This document shows, one piece after another, positions 56,237-64,000 of a DNA stretch of 64,000 nt (within the stretch, counting starts at the first letter, position 1; every line of letters starts with the position of its first letter). Source of the DNA: an uncultured Actinomycetota bacterium. Lineage in GTDB: Bacteria > Actinomycetota > Actinomycetes > Mycobacteriales > Mycobacteriaceae. The stretch spans positions 13,979-77,978 of the forward strand of contig CAWJDL010000001.1 of the NCBI GenBank assembly GCA_963841555.1, read 5' to 3'. Made by a program: the position numbers and the translations under genes. Below the pieces are notes generated by a model. The model saw nothing but the letters and a program-made list of their open reading frames with translations. It searched no databases and was not told the origin of the DNA.

Positions 56237-59200
56237 ATGACCGTAACCTTGACCCGTCGGACGTCCCGGTACTGGTGGGTGCCGGCGGCGGCCGGCTGGA
56301 CGGTCGGCATCATCGCCACGCTGTCTCTGATCGCGAGCGTCTCGCCGGGCATCCGGTGGATCATCAAGGAGCCCCGCGAGTTCGTCAACGACTACATCTT
56401 CAACTTCCCCGACACGAGCTTCGCGTGGGCCTTCGTGTTGGTCCTGCTGGCAGCGGCGCTTGCGGCCCGCAAACGCCTCGCCTGGTGGATCCTCGTGCTC
56501 TACATGGTTGCGGCTGCCGGCTGGAACGTCGTCGACCTGACCACTGGTGACGAGTCGGTCATGGCGGACCTCGGTGAGGTGATCGGGCTCGGCTTCCACA
56601 TCGCGGCGATCTTGTTCCTGGTGCTGGCCCGCAAGGAGTTCTGGGCGAAGGTGCGCCGAGGTGCGCTGTTCAAGGCCGCCGCCGCGCTGGTGGTCAGCAT
56701 GGCGGTCAGCACGCTCATCGGGTGGGCACTGCTGGAGTTCTTCCCGGGCTCGCTGGCCCGCAGTGATCGATTCCTCTACGCGTTGAACAGGGTGAGCGCG
56801 TTCGCGGGCGCCGCCTCTGATTCGTTCACCGGGCATCCGCACGTGTTCGTCAACGCTCTGCTCGGCCTTTTCGGCGCACTCGCCTTGATGGTCGCGGCGA
56901 TCGTACTGTTCCGATCGCAGCGCGCCGAGAACGCTCTCACCGGTGAGGACGAGTCGGCGATCCGCGGCCTGCTGGAGCTGTTCGGCAAGAACGACTCATT
57001 GGGATACTTCGCCACCCGCCGCGACAAGGCGGTCGTGTTCGCGCCCAGCGGCCGTGCCGCCATCACATACCGCGTCGAGGTCGGCGTCTGCCTGGCCAGC
57101 GGCGACCCGGTCGGCGACCCGAGGGCCTGGCCGCAGGCCATCGAGGCGTGGCTGGGGCTGTGCCAGACCTACGGCTGGGCACCGGGAGTGATGGGCGCCA
57201 GTTCGACCGCGGCCCAGGCGTTCCGCGAAGCCGGTCTCAACGCCCTGCAACTCGGCGACGAGGCCATCCTGTATCCGGACAATTTCCGGCTGTCCGGCCC
57301 CGACATGCGCGCCATACGCCAAGCCGTGACCCGGGCGCGGCGGGCGGGCGCCACCGTACGGATCCGCCGTCACCGTGACCTCAGCATCGAGGAGATGGCC
57401 CAAGTGACCGCGCGGGCCGACGCCTGGCGCGACACCGATAGCGAACGCGGCTTCTCGATGGCGCTCGGCCGGCTTGGCGACCCCGCCGACGGCGACTGCC
57501 TCCTGGTGGAGGCGCTGCAGAACGACAACGTCGTGGCGATGCTGTCACTCGTGCCGTGGGGCAACAACGGCGCGTCGCTGGACCTGATGCGCCGATCCCC
57601 GCAATCTCCGAACGGCACAATCGAATTGATGGTCAGCGAGCTGTGCATGCAGTCCGAGAGCATTGGGGTGACCCGGATCTCGCTGAACTTCGCGATGTTC
57701 CGCTCGGCATTCGAGCAGGGCGCACAACTGGGCGCGGGACCGGTCGCGCGGCTGTGGCGTGGCCTGCTGGTGTTCTTCTGCCGCTGGTGGCAGCTCGAGA
57801 CGCTGTACCGCTCGAACATGAAGTACCAGCCCGAGTGGGTTCCGCGCTACGCCTGCTACGAGGACGCTCGGCTGGTGCCGCGGGTCGGCGTCGCCTCCGT
57901 CATCGCCGAAGGCTTTCTTGTGCTGCCGTTCTCGCGACGACAGGATCAGCCGCACACCGGCCAACACATTGCCGCGCCGGAAAATCTGGTGGCGACGGGG
58001 TTGTTGCACCACGACGGCAGCGCGCCCGATCTCGGCGAGCTGCAGGCGGACCTGCCCGAGGCCGACGAGCAGACACGCTTGCCGGAACAGGTGCGCGTGC
58101 GGATGGCCAAGCTAAAGACGTTGCAGGACAGCGGCGTCGACGCTTATCCGGTCGGCGAGGCGCCCAGCCACACCATCGCGCAGGCGGTCGACGCAGGCGA
58201 CGACGAAGCGGTGACCATATCCGGACGGATATTGCGCATCCGCGACTACGGCGGCGTGCTGTTCGCCCAGCTGCGCGACTGGTCTGGCGAAGTCCAACTG
58301 CTGCTTGACAATTCGGTGCTCGAAAAGGGGACGACCGCGGACTTCACCCACGCCCTCGATCTGGGCGACCTGATCGAGGTGACCGGATCGATGGGTCGCA
58401 GCAAGAAGGGCACCCGGTCGCTGATGGTGCGCGGATGGCGGTTGATCGGCAAGTGCCTGCGCCCGCTGCCCGACAAGTGGAAGGGATTGACCGACCAGGA
58501 GGCGCGGGTGCGTGCCCGATACGTCGACCTGGCGATCAACACCGAGGCCCGCGACCTGATCCGGGCCCGCAGCGGCGTGCTGCACGCGATCCGCGAAACC
58601 CTGGTCGGCAAGGGGTTTTTGGAGGTCGAGACGCCGATCCTGCAGCAGATCCACGGCGGCGCCAACGCCAGGCCGTTCCTGACCCACATCAACGCCTACG
58701 ACCTCGACCTGTACCTGCGCATCGCCCCGGAGCTCTACCTCAAGCGGCTGTGTGTCGGCGGTGTCGAGCGGGTCTTCGAGCTGGGCCGGGCATTCCGCAA
58801 CGAGGGCGTCGACTTCAGCCACAACCCCGAGTTCACACTGCTGGAGGCCTACCAGGCGCACGCCGACTACAACGTGTGGATCGACGGCTGCCGCGAGCTG
58901 ATTCAGAACGCCGCGCAGGCCGCCAACGGCGCGCACGTGTTTCTGCGTCCCCGCGACGACGGCACCACTGGAGCCCGTCGACATCTCCGGTGAGTGGACC
59001 GTGAAGACCGTGCACGGCGCGGTGTCGGAGGCGTTGGGCGAGCAGGTCGGGCCCGACACCGATCTGGCTACGCTGCGCAAGCTGTGCGACGCGGCGGATA
59101 TCCCTTATCTGACCCACTGGGATGCCGGCGCGGTGGTGCTCGAACTCTACGAGCGGCTGGTCGAGGACCGCACCGAGGCGCCCACCTTCTACAAGGACTT

Positions 59201-59534
59201 CCCGACGTCGGTTTCGCCGCTGACCCGGCCGCACCGCAGCATTCCCGGAGTGGCCGAGCGCTGGGACCTGGTGGCGTGGGGCGTCGAGTTGGGCACCGCC
59301 TACAGCGAGCTGACGGATCCGGTTGAGCAGCGCAGGCGGCTGCAGGAGCAGTCGCTGTTGGCCTCCGGCGGCGATCCCGAGGCGATGGAACTCGACGAGG
59401 ACTTTCTGCAGGCCATGGAATACGCAATGCCGCCGACGGGCGGGCTCGGCATGGGCGTCGACCGCGTCGTAATGCTGATCACCGGACGCAGCATCCGCGA
59501 AACCCTGCCGTTCCCATTAGCCAAACCGCGTTAG
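56237..59534 (+). CDS. lysX: Bifunctional lysylphosphatidylglycerol synthase / lysyl-tRNA ligase, apparent +1 frameshift near 58967
   Basis: MprF-like membrane and transferase domains, then LysRS ([16 protein letters not shown]). Motif 3 (GGLGMGVDR) is in a second frame. Removing one A gives 1098 aa. Confidence 0.94.
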
Positions 59535-59691
59535 CAGGAATCGAGGCCTCGGTTTCATTACCCGGCTGGCATGCGGGGAAGCGGAAGCACTGCGGTGACG
59601 ACGCTTCGGCCCCGCCGGATGTGAAACCCCGCTCCCACCGTGCGTACACAAACGGGCGAGGTCGGCGCACGGCTTCTGCCGACGGACGGAA

Positions 59692-59713
59692 TGTCGGTGG
59701 CCAACGCTAGCGT
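59692..59713 (+). promoter_or_regulatory. PafBC/RecA-NDp-type DNA-damage promoter
   Basis: TGTCGG-TGGCCAACGC-TAGCGT matches TGTCGG-N10-TA-N3-T exactly. ATG lies 7 nt downstream. Confidence 0.75.
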
Positions 59714-59720
59714 GCGAAGT

Positions 59721-60911
59721 ATGAAGCAGGTGGCGAAGGTTCGGATACTCCCGACCGGAGCCGAGGCAGCTGCCTTGGACGCCACCATCCGTGCGTGCAA
59801 CAGCGCCGCGTCGTGGCTATCGGCCCAAATGCATGGCGAGCGCGTGTACCGCAAACATGAGGCACAGAAGCGCTTTTACGCTGAGTTGCGACAAAGGTTT
59901 GGCTTGTCGGCGCAACCGGCCATCCGCGTGATTGGCAAGGTCGCCGATGCGTACACCACTTTGCGCGCGAACATCGCCGCTGGCAACTGCGGTGCCCCCG
60001 GATCGCGGCGTCGTGCGAAGACGGTAGCGACGCCCATCCAATTCCGGGACGTTGCGGCCCAACCGTTCGACGCGCGGTGTCTGTCCTGGCAGATCCCTGA
60101 CGTGATCGGCGGACGAGAAGCGACGGTATCGATTTGGTCCGTGCACGGACGGTTGCGCAATGTTCGTGTGCTTGCTGCTCCAGCAGATCTGGCTTTACTG
60201 CGCACCCGTCCGATCGGAGAGACCGACCTAATCTATCGGGACGGCAATTGGTTCCTGTACGCCACCATCGAAGCGCCCGAAGCGCCATTGGCCGAACCGG
60301 CCAACGGATTCTTGGGCGTTGACATGGGCATCGTCAACATCGCCACCACCAGCATCGGTCGGAGAGCTTCCGGTGCCCGATTGAATTCCTACCGCAAGCG
60401 ACAGGCGCGGCTGCGGAAAAGGTTACAGGCCAAGAAAACTAGCTCGGCGCGACGATTGCTGAAGAAGCGAGGCCGCAAAGAGGCCCGCTTCGCCGCCGAC
60501 ATCAACCACCAGATCTCCAAACGCATCGTGGCCGAGGCTGAACGCACCGGATGCGGTATCGCCGTCGAACAACTGACGGGGATCCGTGACCGGGTACGGC
60601 TTCGCAAGCCCCAACGGGCCACGCTGCACACCTGGGCATTTGCCCAACTCGGCTCGTTTCTGGCCTACAAGGCCAAGCAGGGCGGAGTGGCGTTCGTCGA
60701 GGTCGACCCCGCCTACACGTCGCAGATGTGCAGTGCGTGCGGCTGGGTCGACAAACGAAACCGCAAATCTCAAGCGGTGTTCGAGTGTGGTCGGTGTGAC
60801 TTCGTTGGGCACGCCGACCACAATGCAGCGATCAACATCGCATCTCGCGGTGTCGAGCGCTGGGGCGAAATCATGCGCCCGCACGCAGCGCCCACCCTGA
60901 CAGCCAGTTAG
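59721..60911 (+). CDS. tnpB: IS200/IS605-family RNA-guided endonuclease TnpB (no TnpA)
   Basis: RuvC-I GVDMG, RuvC-II IAVEQL, zinc finger CSAC/CGRC, RuvC-III HADHNAAINI. Confidence 0.92.
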   Translation: MKQVAKVRILPTGAEAAALDATIRACNSAASWLSAQMHGERVYRKHEAQKRFYAELRQRFGLSAQPAIRVIGKVADAYTTLRANIAAGNCGAPGSRRRAKTVATPIQFRDVAAQPFDARCLSWQIPDVIGGREATVSIWSVHGRLRNVRVLAAPADLALLRTRPIGETDLIYRDGNWFLYATIEAPEAPLAEPANGFLGVDMGIVNIATTSIGRRASGARLNSYRKRQARLRKRLQAKKTSSARRLLKKRGRKEARFAADINHQISKRIVAEAERTGCGIAVEQLTGIRDRVRLRKPQRATLHTWAFAQLGSFLAYKAKQGGVAFVEVDPAYTSQMCSACGWVDKRNRKSQAVFECGRCDFVGHADHNAAINIASRGVERWGEIMRPHAAPTLTAS

Positions 60912-61023
60912 GGCGGCAGCAGCAAGCCTATAGGCAGCCGGAAGGCTAAGGACGACGCAAGATCCCGACCCTTCACAGGTTCATGACAGGCGGTCCTAAG
61001 GAATCGCGTCCACGATTGTTGCC

Positions 61024-62460
61024 GTGACGTTACTCGAGCCGTTGCGCCACCACCTCTCGCTGATGCACGGTTGGATTCCGATAACGGCGCAAGTCGTCGC
61101 AGGCCTCCTGCTGATCGCCGCGATCGGCTGGCGGAACCGGCGCTGGCGCCTGTTGTGGCTGCCGTGGGCCGCGCTGGTCGGGGTCGCGCTGGCGGTGGCG
61201 GCGTACTGGTACATCGCCTCTGAGGGGATGAGTGACCACACCAATCCCGCCCCGTACTCGTTGTGGATCTGGATCGGAATCTCCGGCGTCGCCGCCGGGG
61301 TGCTGATCGCAGGCTGGCGCGGCGCGCGCTGGTGGCGGCGCGGCGTGTCGACGCTTGCGCTGCCGCTGTGCCTGTTGTGTTCGGCGCTGGCCCTGAATCT
61401 GTGGGTCGGTTACTTCCCCACGGTGCAGACCGCGTGGAGTCAGCTCACCGCAGGACCATTGCCCGACCAAACGGACGCCGTCACGGTGACCGCGATGCAG
61501 AAACAGCATGCGATTCCGGCGAAGGGCACCGTCGTGCCGGTCACCATTCCCAGTGTGGCGTCGGGTTTCAAGCACCGCGGTGAGCTGATCTACCTACCGC
61601 CGGCCTGGTATGCCACCGATCCCCCGCCGCCGCTGCCGACGGTGATGATGATCGGCGGCGAGTTCAACACTCCCGCCGACTGGCTCCGGGCGGGCAACGC
61701 GGTGAAGACGATCGACGACTTCGCGGCGGCGCACGGCGGCAACGCGCCGGTGTTCGTGTTCGTCGACTCGGGCGGCGCGTTCAACAACGACACCGAATGC
61801 GTCAACGGTGTGCGTGGCAACGCTGCCGACCATCTCACCAAAGATGTTGTCCCGTTCATGATTTCGCAATACGGCGTGTCACCGAACCGGGCCAACTGGG
61901 GCGTCGCCGGATGGTCGATGGGCGGCACATGCGCCGTCGACCTGACGGTGATGCATCCCGATATGTTCAGCGCATTTGAGGACATTGCAGGGGACCTGAC
62001 GCCCAACTCGGGAAACAAGGCCCAGACCATTGCGCGCCTGTTCGGCGGGAACGCCGCAGCATATGCGGCCTTCGACCCGACCACGGTAATCACCCACCAC
62101 GGCCCCTACGTAGGGGTAGCGGGCCGGTTCGACATCAACGGCACGACGCCGCCGTCGCCGCAGCGCAACGTGGTGGTCAACGCGGCGGCCAACCCCAACG
62201 ACCAAACCGCGGCGGCGAACTCGCTATGCGCGACGGGCAGCGCCGACGGCATCACATGCGCGGTGGTGTCCCAGCCGGGCAAACACGACTGGCCGTTCGC
62301 GGCCCACGCATTCGCCGCGGCGCTGCCGTGGATGGCGGGCCAGCTCGGCACACCCGGCTTGCGAGCGATTCCGCTGCCGGCACCGCCGCCGCCGGCGCCA
62401 CCGTTGCCACTGCCCGCTCCGCCACAGTCCGCGCCACATCTGCAGGCGGCGTCGAGGTAG
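61024..62460 (+). CDS. Membrane-anchored alpha/beta-hydrolase esterase (Rv1639c-like)
   Basis: N-terminal TM segments, GWSMGG nucleophile, GKHDW, Pro-rich tail. Confidence 0.85.
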   Translation: MTLLEPLRHHLSLMHGWIPITAQVVAGLLLIAAIGWRNRRWRLLWLPWAALVGVALAVAAYWYIASEGMSDHTNPAPYSLWIWIGISGVAAGVLIAGWRGARWWRRGVSTLALPLCLLCSALALNLWVGYFPTVQTAWSQLTAGPLPDQTDAVTVTAMQKQHAIPAKGTVVPVTIPSVASGFKHRGELIYLPPAWYATDPPPPLPTVMMIGGEFNTPADWLRAGNAVKTIDDFAAAHGGNAPVFVFVDSGGAFNNDTECVNGVRGNAADHLTKDVVPFMISQYGVSPNRANWGVAGWSMGGTCAVDLTVMHPDMFSAFEDIAGDLTPNSGNKAQTIARLFGGNAAAYAAFDPTTVITHHGPYVGVAGRFDINGTTPPSPQRNVVVNAAANPNDQTAAANSLCATGSADGITCAVVSQPGKHDWPFAAHAFAAALPWMAGQLGTPGLRAIPLPAPPPPAPPLPLPAPPQSAPHLQAASR

Positions 62461-62462
62461 GC

Positions 62463-63839
62463 CTAGAGCTGGTTGACGGCCAGAGCGTCCTCGACTGGAT
62501 CGTGATAGCCCGTCGGCGCGTATAACCGCCACCCACCAGGAACGCCTTTGAGTTCATGGACATCCCGGTCCTCGAACGTTATTCCGGACCCGTAGACGAG
62601 CTCTTTCACGGTATTCGATACGAGTACCTCTCCCGCGGTCGCTTTCGCTGCGATTCGTGCGGCGATATGGACCGCGATTCCACCGAGGTCTCCGCCGCGC
62701 CGCACGCATTCGCCCGTGTGCAGACCGCTGCGAATGTGAACACCGATCTGCGGCATGCGTTCGACAAGTGTGGTGGCGCACAGGACGGCTCGCGTCGGGC
62801 AATCGAAGCTCGCCACCAGCCCATCACCCGTGTCTTTGACGAATCGGCCTCGGAACAAAGCGATTTCGGCACGCGCGATCTCGTGGTGGCGGTCAAGCAG
62901 CTCCCGCCAGCGCTGGTCGCCGAGCTTGGCGGCGTGCCTGGTGGAATCGACGATGTCGGTGAACATCACAGTGGCCAAGACTCGATCCGGTGGATGCTCG
63001 TGCCGCTGCCCGGTCAGGAACTCCTCCATCTCACCGGTGATCGAGGTGACGTCACCGACCCACGGCAGATGGTCGATGCCGTCTAACTCGACGAATCGCG
63101 CGCCTGAGATTCGTGCAGCGAGATCCCGCCCCAGCGCTATCGGGGCCGTTTCTCCTCTGCGATGAAGCACCAGGGTCGGAACCCGGACACTGCCAAGGAT
63201 GTCCTTCATATCTAGTTGCCGCAGTACCGCCTGCCAGGTGATCAGGGCCATCTTCGGGCTCATGGCAGCTCGTTCGAGTGCGCCCATCGCCCGTCTGGCT
63301 TCGGCGTCGTCACGCAGGCTGGGCGCTGCCCAATCGATCGTCTGCCCCTCGCCCCAGTGGTCAACTGTCGACCGAATTCTCGCGATGAGGTCGAGCGAAC
63401 GTTGCATAGTCGCCTCATCGAAGAGATCAGGCGCCCCACCGGCGCCCGTCCCATAGAGGATCAGTGCGCGAACACGCTCGGGATAGGTGGCGGCGAACAC
63501 AACGCTAATCGGGCCGCCCTCTGAGAACCCGAACAGCGCCGCACGTTCACAGCCGGCGGCATCCATCACCGCGTGCAAGTCGTCGACGCGGTTCTCGATT
63601 GTGGGCACCCCATCAACCGGATCAGATAGCCCGGTCCCCCTCTTGTCGTACAGGATTACGCGCGCAAACGACGCAAGCTCGCCGACAAGGGTGCGCCATC
63701 GAACGTCGCCCCACTGCATGTCGATGTGAGAGAACCAGCCAGGAACGACAACCAGATCAATTAGGCCGTCGCCCACGATCTGGTAGGCGACGTTGCCGTC
63801 CGGCCCCTTCGCGTAATGCGTCTGGGGCGGCTCGACCAT
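62463..63839 (-). CDS. Alpha/beta-hydrolase plus class III cyclase fusion (LipJ/Rv1900c-like)
   Basis: GFSEGG, then FTDIVDST, KDTGDG, GLHTGE and AVHIAARI motifs. Confidence 0.9.
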   Translation of the reverse strand: MVEPPQTHYAKGPDGNVAYQIVGDGLIDLVVVPGWFSHIDMQWGDVRWRTLVGELASFARVILYDKRGTGLSDPVDGVPTIENRVDDLHAVMDAAGCERAALFGFSEGGPISVVFAATYPERVRALILYGTGAGGAPDLFDEATMQRSLDLIARIRSTVDHWGEGQTIDWAAPSLRDDAEARRAMGALERAAMSPKMALITWQAVLRQLDMKDILGSVRVPTLVLHRRGETAPIALGRDLAARISGARFVELDGIDHLPWVGDVTSITGEMEEFLTGQRHEHPPDRVLATVMFTDIVDSTRHAAKLGDQRWRELLDRHHEIARAEIALFRGRFVKDTGDGLVASFDCPTRAVLCATTLVERMPQIGVHIRSGLHTGECVRRGGDLGGIAVHIAARIAAKATAGEVLVSNTVKELVYGSGITFEDRDVHELKGVPGGWRLYAPTGYHDPVEDALAVNQL

Positions 63840-63905
63840 AGACGCAAGTGTCCCACGGACGAAACCGGCCACTACGCTTCGAATAAAGCCGAGTAGCGTG
63901 AGGCC

Positions 63906-64000
63906 ATGGCCGACGATCGCAGCGCAGAGGCGAACTCGACTCCCGAACCGGAACCCCCCGCCGAGACCACGCCGGTCGCCGCCCCGGTCGAGCCCGTCGA
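63906..64000 (+). CDS. Partial Pro-rich N-terminus of a hypothetical protein (possibly Rv1638A-like)
   Basis: ATG at 63906 is open to the window end. Assignment by synteny only. Confidence 0.35.
   Translation, partial: MADDRSAEANSTPEPEPPAETTPVAAPVEPV

Larger units (their letters stand above)
59640..60990 (+). mobile_element. Solo-TnpB (IS1341-like) element, boundaries uncertain
   Basis: tnpB inserted between lysX and the Rv1639c-like esterase. No Y1 transposase or serine recombinase nearby. Confidence 0.6.

Noticed and set aside
59640-59720. tnpB start at 59640 as given by the ORF track
   Set aside because: The family-like N-terminus (MKQVAKVRILP) and the promoter position support ATG 59721.

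Overview
GC-rich chromosomal window from a rapid-growing mycobacterium (Mycolicibacterium-like). The evidence is an rrnB operon downstream of tyrS, a short 16S helix 18, and synteny with M. tuberculosis Rv1639c-Rv1709. The core content runs mostly on the minus strand: scpA/parA, xerD-nudix-pyrG-mctB-steA-recN-nadK-tlyA, a full 16S-23S-5S operon, tyrS, mpg, an ABC/TetR efflux operon, the Rv1683 orthologue, argCJBDFRGH, pheST, tsnR and infC-rpmI-rplT, with lysX on the plus strand. Accessory inserts are an FMO plus an orphan XRE-like repressor in an AT-rich patch, a TetR/VOC pair, DUF5990, DUF2252 with a hypothetical gene, DUF1326/DUF2182 with a P450, an oxygenase-ACAD-SDR operon, a solo TnpB and a LipJ-like cyclase. 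The most interesting signal is the TnpB: it has no TnpA, all three RuvC motifs are intact, and it sits behind an exact PafBC (RecA-NDp) DNA-damage promoter positioned for a leaderless transcript, followed by a structured but atypical right end. Other candidates are an attenuator-like leader on infC-rpmI-rplT and a Cys/Met-rich DUF1326-DUF2182 pair. Five single-base frameshifts (FMO, tyrS, pheT, rplT, lysX) most likely reflect assembly errors. Gene names come from recognising the translated sequences, not from database searches.
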